A stretch of DNA of 62,832 nucleotides, filler included, from Basidiobolus ranarum (lineage: Eukaryota): the NCBI GenBank assembly GCA_040143965.1. It is 28 parts of 28 records of this genome, joined end to end, with 100 filler letters (N's around TTAATTAATTAA, not from the genome) between each part and the next. Parts side by side here need not be neighbours in the genome. Positions count along the whole stretch, not along the records: positions 11,281 to 13,434 come from JASJQH010003706.1; positions 13,535 to 15,687 come from JASJQH010003707.1; positions 15,788 to 17,938 come from JASJQH010003708.1; positions 18,039 to 20,189 come from JASJQH010003709.1; positions 20,290 to 22,439 come from JASJQH010003710.1; positions 22,540 to 24,688 come from JASJQH010003711.1; 22 more parts are not named here. One strand, 5' to 3'. Both the position numbers and the translations under genes were made by a program. This document shows, one piece after another, positions 12,861-24,688 of this stretch. Every line of letters begins with the position of its first letter. Within the stretch, counting starts at the first letter, position 1. The notes beneath the pieces are model-generated. The model made no database searches and was not told the DNA's origin. It saw only the letters and a program-made list of their open reading frames with translations.

Positions 12861-13434
12861 TGTTGAAATTAGGTAAACAGCAACTCAGTATATAGTAGTT
12901 GGGTTGTTCATACTCTGAGCATTTAGCACTAAATTCTGGCATTCAAAAATGTGTCTTTATTGTTTAAGTGATTGAAATGCCATTTAGATCACTTGTCCCA
13001 ATTTTCACTGTTTTCTCCAAACTTCTCACAGTCATCTCAAAGTTTCACCCATGCTTACAGGCATGTTGGTTATGATCTGAGCACATCCAAAAGACTTATT
13101 TTGTAGTAAACTATCAATAGGACTATCAAATTCAATAAAACTTAAATGTTCAATTGACAAATCCAAATCATGTCAAAACACTTCAAAATCCCCTCAACAC
13201 TTTTATCAGCTTATGAGCCCTAAGCTAGCTGCTCAAGGAATATTCACCAGTACTATTACTAATGTCTTTCTGTTTGCAGAGAAGTTAGATTTTGAAAACT
13301 TTGACCTTTGGAAGTTTAAAATGCAAATGGTGCTAGATGACAAAGACCTTGAGATTTGTTGCTGCAGAAGCAATAGAGCCACAGGGCCACCACAAGCTAT
13401 TCTTGCCTTTCATAAGAAGCAGAGGAAAGCACTC
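12861..13434 (+). mobile_element. Copia 5' LTR-B (12861-13208, TGTTGAAA...TATCA), PBS (13209-13221) and gag start
   Basis: LTR matches 27393-27744; GCTTATGAGCCCT follows immediately; gag EKLDFENFDLWKFKMQMVL. Confidence 0.9.
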
Positions 13435-13919
13435 NNNNNNNNNNNNNNNNNNNNNNNNNNNNNNNNNNNNNNNNNNNNTTAATTAATTAANNNNNNNNNN
13501 NNNNNNNNNNNNNNNNNNNNNNNNNNNNNNNNNNACATGACTTCCATATAAGGTAATATGGATGAACTGACACCAGATTGCCGAGAAGGGATGGCACAGT
13601 AGATATGATGTCATAATCTAATAATAGAAGAGTTCCATATGCAGTAGATCAGTATGCCGAGATCAGAATCATGACAACATCTTTCCAGGCCAGCCTTTGT
13701 ATTTTGTATATTCAAAAGCTGTAAATCCTTCATAGAGTAACAAAAAGTGACTGCCCTTTTTCCTAATGGCTTAGAGAGCAAAAGGATCAGTAGGTACCTT
13801 TCCTTATTAGAGAATATACATCAATTTCCCTTGCCCTCCAGTGTTATCTACATTTTGGAATACAAGAATTGAAGTTCTCCACATCAGGTTTCTCAACATT
13901 TCAGGTTATAGCTGCTAAT

Positions 13920-14135
13920 ATTTAGATAATTCTCATCTTTGCTAAATTTATGTTCCAAATATCAGCTAAGTAGTAATTGGCTACGAAATATTAACTACTT
14001 TGGATGTAAGAGGATAACATGGCAAATACCATAAAGCTAGTATGCTTCGACAATGATTTTGTTAAGCACATAGCTTGCTGTGTAGTAACAGAAGAAGTCA
14101 GGTACTCTGCTTCTGTAATGGACAGTGCTATGGCT
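13920..14135 (-). mobile_element. Highly decayed copia RNase H remnant
   Basis: Minus strand reads IALSITEAEYLTSSVTTQQAMCLTKSL. Confidence 0.6.
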
Positions 14136-14929
14136 CATTGTTATGCACAGAATGTACCAAAGTTAGGTAGCAGGTTAGAAAGCCTCGCCACATCGCCACA
14201 AAGTTTGTAACAGCTAATAGGTATATACAACGAGGCATTTTAGTAAACATAGTGCCACTATTATAATTTAAATACTCAGTACTACTATATAATACGGAGC
14301 CATCGCTCAAGCCCATGGACTGTCACTAAGATCTGAAATGTCCTAGATTACTCAACTTGTATCTTCCAAGTTAAAGACAAGTGTGATCAGCTTTGGCCAA
14401 TTCTTTTGTTGAGCACTCGAACTAGTAGAAATCTGATCAAGTATTCTTTGGCCCTGTCTTATTGTTACTAGTGCTACAATGCAATGTAAAATAAGAACAT
14501 CGAAATACGAGGGGATATTTGGTGAGTGTTGTAGGTATTCTGAGACTAGCATACTGCCAACATGTGCATCAGTTGATAAATCTCTATTTAGCACCTAAAC
14601 TAGAAATCACTCGATATTACCCGATATCTGCAGTGAAACATTGATGGCCACATGCGAGCACCAGCATAAAGGGCTACCCATTATAGAAATGGTTGATTTG
14701 TAATTTTACTGCCGAATTAGTGAATATCCAGTGATCGTGATACTGGATCTCAATGCTATCCTAGGAAAAGAATGATTGGAAAAGTATGGTGTCACGGTGG
14801 ACTTCTTCGTCGTTGGTTGATGCATGGACTCTTATCGAGATTCAGTGTTGGTAGGGAATATTCAAGATTGAGTTTATTACTGAGATTATAATTGGCTATG
14901 TTGTACAATGGAGGACGTCGGGCCTAGTC

Positions 14930-15687
14930 TTAGTTGCTTTTCTTGGCGTCATTGGCCTTCGCAGCTGCTTGCTTCTCGCGATAAGCCTTGTATTTAGCAT
15001 CTGTACCGAAGATATGGTCCCAGATACGGAATGACGAGGCGTAGTTGTTGACGAAGAATTGATGATGATAGTCGTGATGGTCCGAACCTACCAATAGCTA
15101 TTAATAAATGAACCTCATATCATATTAAGATCTGTCACTTACCGCTCCAAATAGGATTCCAATGATGCATAGACCAAGGGAAGTCATATCCTGAATGCGA
15201 ATCCACCGCTTGAAGTAAACGCCCTGCCATCCAAATTAACACCGTGATAACATGAAGATCTCCAGTGCAGGTAATCCATATGAGAGGCCCGCCGAAGGGA
15301 CCCATAGCAAGAAGACTGGGTTCGAGGGGGTGTGCATACTCGGGAGCCTAGTAAAAGACACTTAGTAACTACGGGATGTTGGGATAGAGCCAGAGCAACT
15401 TACCAAACCGAAGGGTGCAGTGAACTCGTGGTGGACTTTATGGATGTACTTGTACAAAATACTCCAATGGAAGGCACGATGGGCCCAATAATGGTAGAAA
15501 TCTTCGAACAAAAAGAAGCAAAAGACCTGGATGACGATTTGGGATCTAAACGCTAATGTTAGTCTTTCAGTATCAGGATTTCAATCCAGTCTCTTGTCAC
15601 TCACAGATGTGGAAAGGGGTCGGTGATCTTCATGCCAAGCATTTGAGTTCCTGGGTGAAATGCCAGGATCATAGGAAGTTGGATGAA
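14930..15687 (-). CDS. ERG25: C-4 methylsterol oxidase (sterol desaturase family), 5'-partial, at least 3 introns
   Basis: Spliced translation [14 protein letters not shown]...[25 protein letters not shown]...HSGYDFPWS...[28 protein letters not shown]...KKSN*; three His boxes and a C-terminal KKxx. Confidence 0.93.
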
Positions 15688-15787
15688 NNNNNNNNNNNNN
15701 NNNNNNNNNNNNNNNNNNNNNNNNNNNNNNNTTAATTAATTAANNNNNNNNNNNNNNNNNNNNNNNNNNNNNNNNNNNNNNNNNNNN

Positions 15788-15950
15788 CTGGCTGGGTCAG
15801 CCCATATATAGGCCCAAAAGGTGGTTGTTTTCCTTCTTATAGATCTATAGGGCAATCATATGGGTGGTGAGCTGGCAGCAGAGTAGCATTGTTACCACGA
15901 TATGCCAAGGTCAAGCTTTTTATTCTTCAGCATTTATGGATATGTGGGCT
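15788..15950 (-). mobile_element. Ty3/gypsy pol fragment (region between protease and RT)
   Basis: [29 protein letters not shown], matching the typical LPPHRPYD..I.L..G..PP.GPIY.LS motif. Confidence 0.8.
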
Positions 15951-16249
15951 GGCGAGTTAGAGCAGATAGTTTAGTGTGGTGGCTATAGGGATAGTCTTAT
16001 GAGCAGGAGTTTAACATCCAACATTGTTATTAGCGCTCGTTGAGTAGAGTAGACACTCTCCGAAGAAAAGCACGAAGTGTCAAGGCATGTTAGTTGGTCA
16101 AGTGAGTTAATGAAGACTACACACAGTAAGAGAGAAGAGCTTAGCCGAAAGGTGGACTCGTTACTGAGGCTTGAGGTGACCGTAAGGTAATTTACGAAAT
16201 GAAGCGAATGAGTTATCTACGTCAGATTTTTAACAAACTTTAAAAAAAG

Positions 16250-16312
16250 AGAAGTCTCAGCACCTAGTATTCGCACACCGGAGTACTGGGCCGTGGCATG
16301 TCTGATTCCTTC
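16250..16312 (-). pseudogene. Possible 5S rRNA-derived 3' fragment followed by a T-run
   Basis: Minus strand CCAGTACTCCGGTGTGCGAATACTAGGTGCTGAGACTTCTCTTTTTTT resembles the 5S 3' end (AGTACT...GAATAC.AGGTGCTG) with an internal deletion; no 5' half seen. Confidence 0.3.
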
Positions 16313-17404
16313 TGCGCTCTTTTTTACCTTGTGGTATTCTTTATTTTCTTTATCTCAATATATCTTTTGGAAGTTCGCTTAATTGGTGTAAGTGCAAGCA
16401 TACGTTTGCTGTGTTCTGTGGCACATGTAATGTTTAATATCAGGCTGTTGAACCACGCCTTTTTTGACTAATATCTCCACTACACACTACTTTTTTGGCA
16501 ACCACCATATTAGTAGTGAAACACTAAACTCTCTCAAAAAAGCAGTCTAGTGTAGAATTTTTATTTTTTCAGCCAATAAAGAGTTTCAATTTGAGCATGG
16601 AAAACTTTCGGGTTTTTTTTGCACATAGCACATATGAGCCAATAGAAACCTATTGGAATAAAGTATTGGAATAATTCCTGAATTTTGCCTGATTTTTGAT
16701 CCTGAAGCATGATGATGAAGCTTATCCGAAACATAACTCATTTCTCTGGATTTTCCACCTTTTTTTGCGGATATCCGCTTTTAGCTCTATCTTATGGTAT
16801 TTGGGTTCTCGACTTATTATGACTGCTGGGACTAATATATCAAGATTGGCGCTTAGATAAGTGACCTAATTAGCTTTCGAGCATATGGAAACCTGCTGTG
16901 ACAACTTTGGAATATTGCCAGATAGGATGGTACCCAAAAATGCTAGATTAGCGGGCTTTGGACTAGTTTGCTTTGAGGCTGAGTAAAGTTTAAGCCTTAA
17001 CGTTTCCAATAAACAGTTCAAATTGATTATAGAGTTGATACCAGGGATGGTAAATTCTGGCAGCTGGAGATGGAAAGTGTCATTTCAGCAGAATAGTCTT
17101 CAGTCTGTTGGGCAATAAGAAACAATGAAACATCTAAGAACTGGATGGCATCCGGATGAAGTGAGAAAGGGATGCCGAGATAAATATAGTTATTAATTGG
17201 TTATAGTTTCATATTCAATGGATAATGAGAATAGTCATTTTAAGATGAAATGCACGCGTAAGGTGCTACATTATGATATTATGATTTACAAGGAGGTTAA
17301 CAAACACACAAGCTTTCAGTAAAAAATGTTATTTATATATATTCCAAATAGTATTAAGATTTTTCATCTTAATTTTCAGTTAGTTTGCTCTAGATAGAAA
17401 ATAC

Positions 17405-17753
17405 TATTGAAATTAGCATTGCCTAAACACCTATATAGTCATACATAGTTTAGTATTTAGTCATCTTATAATTCACTAAGTTATTATCTATTATTCTCAA
17501 TTTGAATTTACTTAGAATATTTTTACCAACTTAGAAGTTCTCAGACATATAGATTTTTCAAACTTGTGCTAGAGGCCCCAAACTTTGAACACATGTTTCT
17601 GGGACTTTCCTTAATACATTCTACATGCTAGTTTGTTTACATCTTGACCAAACTATAAATGTCAACTTTCTAATCAAACAAATCAATAAGTGAAAACCTC
17701 AAATTCCTCTAATTCTCCAAACCACTTCCATCAGGCTCCCAAATACTTTAACA
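17405..17753 (+). repeat. Solo LTR, copia family A
   Basis: T(A)TTGAAATTAGCATTGCCTAAACACC...CTCCCAAATACTTTAACA; homologous to 4150, 47250, 52323 and 52959; no clear TSD. Confidence 0.85.
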
Positions 17754-17827
17754 TTTGCTACATCGGTACTAAATTGAATTTATGTGTGGTGGTGATAACG
17801 GTAATGGTTTATGCAAAAAACTCAGTC

Positions 17828-17938
17828 AGGGGGGATGAAAAGCACCAGATGGTGTAGACTTTATTTAGCTTATATACTAATCTAAACAAAGTGACAATCA
17901 AGACATCAATCTTTTAAGATATTGTGTCAATACTGAAT
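17828..17938 (-). mobile_element. 3' end of the same LINE family as 31652-32717
   Basis: Reverse complement CACAATATCTTAAAAGATTGATGTCTTGATT...CTGGTGCTTTTCATCCCCCCT matches 32620-32717. Confidence 0.85.
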
Positions 17939-19393
17939 NNNNNNNNNNNNNNNNNNNNNNNNNNNNNNNNNNNNNNNNNNNNTTAATTAATTAANNNNNN
18001 NNNNNNNNNNNNNNNNNNNNNNNNNNNNNNNNNNNNNNGGGGTTTCAGAAAATCCTTCGAACATTTTTTGCAAGTGAAAATGCATGCCAAAATCTCGGAG
18101 TTTAACAACTGCGAAGATGAGATCGGCAAGTAAACTGTAAACTTGATTTCTCTGCTTGCCCCAATTGGTTTGAAGGTTTTACTCTAGTTTTTCAAATGTC
18201 CACGTATTTTCTGCTAGTAATCTTATCAACGGTAGTATTTTTATTTCGTACCTATCTCATGATTTTCGTGATACTTTCACCAAAATATTGAGTGATGGAA
18301 AGGTCGAATGGAAGTTAGAATTGAACTTTAAATCACGCGATTAATTCTTTTTTTCACTATCCTTGTAAAGTATACTAACAAGGAGTTCATGTTTCATATG
18401 GACAGACTGATCTGCTAAAAAGCAGTATACAATATGAGGCTCGCTAATCCTTCGAAAACAAAAGTGAGAGCACTACCACTTCTTTTGCACAATCCGTAAA
18501 TTACAATTCGATTCATTCCGGCATAAGAATAACAGGTAATTTGTTTGAATGGTTATAGAGCTAAAAGCATGATGAATCACAGTCTGTACTAGAGAAACTA
18601 TTGCTATTTCGTTAACCATGCTCACTAAAATTGATTATAAACAACAAACTCAAGTCTCATTGTCAAGCGTACACAAGGTTTATGTATTATCAAGTTGAAT
18701 GATTGACTTAAAGTGTGATATTTTTAATCTTCAGCAATTTGCAGTATAATTGTTCTTTTTTATTCTTATTATTATATATTGTTTGAAATATTTTATTAGG
18801 TTATCTTTAATATAAATATTGTACTCAACAATGATTATTTAGATAGAATCGTCGTACATAGAGTAACGATCACAGAAGCATATGTAGTGTGTGGTATAGT
18901 ATTGAGTAACAGGATTTAATGGTGTCTTAAGCATAGACAGGCATCCATAACATAAAGTCTGTATTCCTAAAGAAAATGGGGGTCGTTGATTGAGCATTTA
19001 TTACTGGAGTACTGGACCAGCTCAAAGGCTATTTTCTACCTGAGAATATACAAAAAGATATGCTCAACTAATAGAAGGTGGCTCAAGGCAGCAACAGTAA
19101 TAAAAAGAATTTTATTTCTTCAATATTTATGAGATTTAGTACTTGAACCAAAAGAAGTGCCTAACTAGTATGCTTCTACAAATCTTCAGTGTTAGATATA
19201 TAATTCAAATGTTTAAGAATATTTATTGTTACTAGAGCAATTCCTACTACGCTTTGCCTTTCAGGTATAGAGAGTTGCTTCTACCATAGTGCCGTTGATA
19301 TTTACATCAGTGAATCCTTTTAATATAAAATTTGTCACCATTCTTTTGGAGCGACCTGACATTATCGGTAGTAGCCTTTATTGCTTGGAGAGT

Positions 19394-20189
19394 TTACCGG
19401 GCCGCTCTAAGCTCCACTGGCGGTTCTACTTCAGGTACATGCTGATATTGAAACTGAGGTGCCTGAAACGCTTCAAGCTCATTTGGTTGGAGCGTAGCCA
19501 TAGTGGTGGTAGGAGCGCCAACATTACCAATATTTAAGTTACCGGTTTGGCTAAACCCGTTCGTTTGTGCTGCTTGTGATCCGAAAAAGGATGTGGCAGG
19601 CTGCGATGTGTTCACGCTGGCAAAGAATCCAGTAGGTTGTTGAGCAGTGGTGTTAGCACCAAACACAGACGGGGTTGCAGTATTGTTTTGATTGAAAGCT
19701 CCACCGGAGTTGCCGCCGAAAGGATTAGCATTAGCCGGTGTTTGTTGTTGGCCGAACGCCGTTTGTCCAAAGGCTGTAGCCACCTGTGGATTTCCAAATC
19801 CAGTTTGTCCAAAAGCAGGTGCTTGATTTGCAGTAGCTCCGAAAGAGCCACTACTGTTTCCGAATGCAGATACTGTGTTGTTCGCACCAAACGCACTTGG
19901 TGTATTTCCAAAAGCATTTCCACTAGGTGCTTGTTGATTTCCTCCAAAAGCAGTTCCAGTAGCAGCTCCTGAATTCATGGATCCAAATGCACTCGCTACA
20001 TTGCTCCCCCCGAACGTTCCTCCCGTACTTCCACCACCAAACGTACCCACAGTATTTCCTCCGAATGCGCCCGCGGTATTTCCCCCTCCGAATGCACCCG
20101 CGGTATTTCCACCGCCGAATGCAGCAACAGTATTCCCACTGCCGAACGCACCTCCAGTATTACAACTGCAAAATGCACCACCAGTATTA
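19394..20189 (-). CDS. FG-repeat nucleoporin, Nup42/Amo1/NUPL2-like, 5'-partial
   Basis: Many AFG/TFG/FGQ repeats, then the C-terminal LEAFQAPQFQYQHVPEVEPPVEL motif resembling the Gle1-binding tail. Confidence 0.8.
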
Positions 20190-20289
20190 NNNNNNNNNNN
20201 NNNNNNNNNNNNNNNNNNNNNNNNNNNNNNNNNTTAATTAATTAANNNNNNNNNNNNNNNNNNNNNNNNNNNNNNNNNNNNNNNNNNNN

Positions 20290-22439
20290 TGATGCAGACT
20301 GTGGAAGAAACCTTGATGACACAAAATCAATAACTGGTTACACTTTTCTATATGGGAATGGAGCCATAACTTGGTAGAGTAAGAAGCAACCAAACATAAC
20401 GCTTTCCACAATAGAAGCAGAGTATATGACTTCCTCTGCTACTACCCATGAAGCTATGAGGTTAAGTGAGTTATTTAAATACTGAAGATACATGCAAAAA
20501 TGTGCTATTACCGTATTTGAAGATTATCAAAGTTGAATTTCATCAGCTAGAAACCCTACATTGCATTCTAGAACAAAACATATGGATATTAAGCATCAGT
20601 TTGTTAGAGAAGCAACAGAGAATGATATAATTAAACTTGTCAATTGCCTTACTGAAGAAATGATTGCTGAAATCTTAACCCAACCTTAGGCTGCAGCCCA
20701 ATGTGAATTCTTAAAATATAAGTTAGGTTTAAGAGAAATAATGAGTAATTAGCTGAGAGGGAATGCTGAAACTAGGTAAATAGCAACTCATTATTTAATG
20801 GTTAGTTTATACATATTCTGATTATTTAGCACTCTATTCTCCCCTTCAATGTGTTTATGGCGTTAATTGATAGAAATGGCAATTAGAGCACTTTGACCAC
20901 TTTTCACTATTTTCTCAAAACTTCTCTAAATCACCTTATAGTTCCCAAATACTAAACAGGCATGTTTGTTATGAGCTAAGCATGTCAAATAGTCCTAGTT
21001 CATAGTAAACTAGAAATGGGAAATATTCAATTCAATAAAGCTCAAGTATCTGATTTACAGATTGAAATCTTTTCTAAAACACTTCTAAGTCACCGATGCA
21101 CTTTTAGGATTTTCAAGGGCCCACAAAGATCAGAATGAATCAAGGCAAAATTCTAAGTGGATTGGATCTCTCCCAAGCTTAAAAATGGCTGTATGTGAAG
21201 TTCTCCATTGATGCAAGCTTCATGCAGATCCAATTTGGTGATATTCTCAATCACTAAGCCTGAAACAACCTGATTTTGAATTATATGGGTCAGTTAGCAT
21301 TACTCAATCAGGATTAATGTTCTCAACCTTATTTACAGCTTATTTCACTGGCTTTGGCCAAGTTTGCATGCGCATAATGCAAATTGTTGATCTCTAGCTT
21401 GTAAAAGTATTGTGTTTTGATCCCAGTAGCTATTTTGGCAGCATTCTGCTCTGTGATAGTGCATCCAGCCCTGCTGAACCCATAATTGAGACCTTGAGTA
21501 GTTGCTTGGCTTACTGACAGTGGATTGTTGGCTATATTTGGTACATAGAGAGCATCATCCAATTTTGTAGATATTGAAGCGGGATTTTGGTCAAAATTGA
21601 GTACAACTGTGCCCTTACCAACTGGATCTAGTGCATAGTCATCATCATAGTGGCCTCTCCTTGTTTGGATGGGTGTTCAGCTGGAAAATCAATCTTTTGG
21701 GTATGTTATATGATGGGAAACTCCTAAATCAATGAACCACATTTCTGAGTCTTCTTTAGTACTTACTGATAGGGCAGACATAAATAGATGATCCCTATTG
21801 TGCTTACTTGATTTGCTTGTTCTGATTATAGCTTTTAGGCAAAAATCCGGTTTCTGCAATCTTCAACTAAATGGCCTGGTTTCTGGAAATTGTTGCAGAT
21901 GATTGATTTCCTATTAGAAGACAATTATTAAAGCCTTGTGGACAATTAATAGCTCCAAAAAATGCCTGGTCTGTAATATTTTTCTGAGAATTAAATCTCC
22001 TTGAGTCTTCATTCAAAAGCCTAGCACCAATAAAAGGTATATTAAGATCATTATTGGAGATAATACAAGATATACTTGGGTATTACATCTCATATCAAAA
22101 TCTGAAGCCTTAGATACTTTCTTGCATCATAAAGCAATGGTAGAGAAAGAATAAGCTCAAAAAAATAAAGGTACTAAGGAGTGCAATTGGAGGAGAATAT
22201 AGCTCTAAAGACTTTACTGGTTTTTGTTCTAAACATAAATTAAGCAACAAACTACTGAACCTTATTCTCCACAGCAAAATGAAGTGGCAGAATGTACTAA
22301 ATGGACTATGGCAAAGATGGCAAGATCAATGTTACATGATCAATAGTTAGATTACCAATACGGGGCTGAGACTGTCTCCACTGCAGTCTATATCATCAAC
22401 AGATGCCCAACTAGATTGCTAGAGACTTCTGCTTGATTT
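20290..22439. mobile_element. Copia mosaic: RNase H + PPT + LTR-B (+, 20290-21105), gag/protease/pre-integrase (-, about 21190-22010), integrase core (+, about 22020-22420)
   Basis: ALSTIEAEY; ALYVPNIANNPLSVSQAT; YSPQQNEVAE; AETVSTAVYIINRCPT. Confidence 0.85.
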
Positions 22440-22539
22440 NNNNNNNNNNNNNNNNNNNNNNNNNNNNNNNNNNNNNNNNNNNNTTAATTAATTAANNNNN
22501 NNNNNNNNNNNNNNNNNNNNNNNNNNNNNNNNNNNNNNN

Positions 22540-24203
22540 TCAAATCCCTAGATTCTGTGATATATTCTCCTAAATATTTTTATAGAGATCTTCATACCCA
22601 AGGTTTAGCTCCTATCCAACACAAGTTTGTATCAATATCATCTTCAAAGCCCACCATTGTATTAATGTTGCTGAATCAACATTCTTCTAGCTATCTGGTA
22701 GATACCCTGCAATATTGTGCTATTCTTTATTAAGTTCTTCCCAGTCATCTGCATGGTCAACACCATACTGAGTGTCAAATTGAATGTTCTTGTTCTGAGG
22801 CCACTTTCTGTGTGGTCAATACCAGACTGCAAATCAAGTTGAATGTTCTTCTTCTGAAGCCACTTTCTGCATGCTTGTACCATATTTTTCCCTTCATACT
22901 TTTGAAAAAACTTGTCAAGCACTTTTACTATCTTTATACATCCATGTAGTGTGACACTAGGCAGTGAGCTGTGCAATGTTTAGGTGGCTTTTTGCTTGTC
23001 TTTGAGTTTGGGGCTAATTTCTCCACTTTGAAAAGTACTACTTGAGGTTAGAGAACCAAGAGTTTTATTTGCTGGTGTTTTAAATTGCTGAGAGATGCCA
23101 GGTGTTGCATAAACTTCCAACTTTTGCACACTTCCAACTGGTGTACTGAATGCATGATAAAATCAAGCTTTTTTGCAAGTATATCTGACTCTGGTAATAT
23201 AGATCTTTGTGATGGTGTCAAGAATTCAGTAAGTGAGACAGTAGAGCCAGGAATCACTGGCTCCTTTGCTTTTCCCTTGGGCTTACTAACTTCCTGCTCC
23301 TTGAGCACATCTTTGGCTGCTTTTCTTTCTTTTCCAAGTTCATAATTGTGTAAATTTCTGAGATGTTTAATGAATAGCCCTATACTAGCCCAATTGCCAT
23401 TTGCTTGCAAAGACCCAGGATAAGCCATATAATTTTAGTCAGGAACCTTCTGTGTAATGCCAAGTGTTTGGTTTTTCCACAATTGGCTCAAATCAATGTA
23501 ATTTTGGGCAAGATTGCACATGGTTTCCAAAATGTTTAACCATTCATTATCAGAGTAAGTGATAGCAGCTCTGACATTCAGAGTCTTTTGATTTTCTGGT
23601 TTTCCTATGAGATTTCTACTTTCATGTGCCCAAGTAATTTTGGGTCACTGTGTAGGTTTAATGGTCTGAAACATATACTGCTCTGCTAGATTGTAACAGT
23701 GACATTCAATTGTATGGCTTGGGATTGATTGAAACCTCACATTAGAATGAACAGAGGGAGCAGCATGTTGCTGTATCTCAAGTACAGCATTCAGAAGGTC
23801 TTGTATCATTGTTGAGTGTCTCTCTAACTGATTACTAATTGCTTCAGAATGCTAAGATTCTTGTATTTTTTGATTCTCATCATGGCTTGAATATGAAGCC
23901 AAAAATGTCTAAATACAGGCATGCATATTAATTTGAATTCCTATAGCAGTAAACTCAGCAATATGCCTTTCAAAAATTAGCTTTTTACAAAAAATTGTTG
24001 GAAATTAAATAACGCATGCCAAATATGAGGATCAATATTTTACCATGTATGCTTACCATTGAAATACCATCAAGAAGCCACTGTCTCACCATCAAAATCC
24101 TTGGCTGAATGCAAGCCACCAATGATGTGATGGTCCTCTGATGGTTTTGCAATCCAGAGCAGTGGATCTGATCTGGATCAAACTGATTTTATTTTTGCTA
24201 GGG
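22540..24203. repeat. Unclassified repeat: module 1 (-, 22540-23850) joined back-to-back to module 2 (+, 23853-24203, ending GCTAGGG)
   Basis: Colinear with 7190-8430 and with the reverse complement of 6124-6470; internal tandem duplication of about 60 bp at about 22755-22870. Confidence 0.8.
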
Positions 24204-24502
24204 TATAATGCAGTGAACTTCATTAACTGAGTCTTTTGCTGTAGCAGATTTTATTCTCTTCCCATTTGGCAGCTTTTACCAAGAAGCCAAATTGGATGTG
24301 AATTTTAGCTGTTTTTTTAATTGCATTGGATTATGATGTTGGTAATCTTGGTGCATTCAAACAGTTTCAACACAACTTAATAAGCCAAAATTACAATCCA
24401 TTACTAGAATCCACTTGAAAGTCTCCCAATAACTCTTCTGAAACACCATCTAAGGAGTAGCTCAACTCTTTGGTTACATTTTGCTATAATATCACCATTA
24501 TG

Positions 24503-24688
24503 TGTTGGATAATTAATCTTTATTCAACATCATAGTTAACTTTAGTTATGATACATATATCAGAAACAGAAAGCAATGTATCTATAGCCCCTATATTCCA
24601 AATAGGAATATCTCTATATCTATATAACAAGTATGTCTTATTACCCCCACTTATCTATTATATCTTATTACACAAACTCCTGAATATC
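24503..24688 (+). repeat. LTR family C (TGTTGGATAATTAATC...TTCTATCA), near-identical copies
   Basis: Same sequence at 35806-35925, about 39524-39575 and 51733-51924; TG...CA termini reconstructed across copies. Confidence 0.8.

Noticed and set aside
19289-20241. Several overlapping ORFs on both strands
   Set aside because: Shadows of the low-complexity FG-nucleoporin frame
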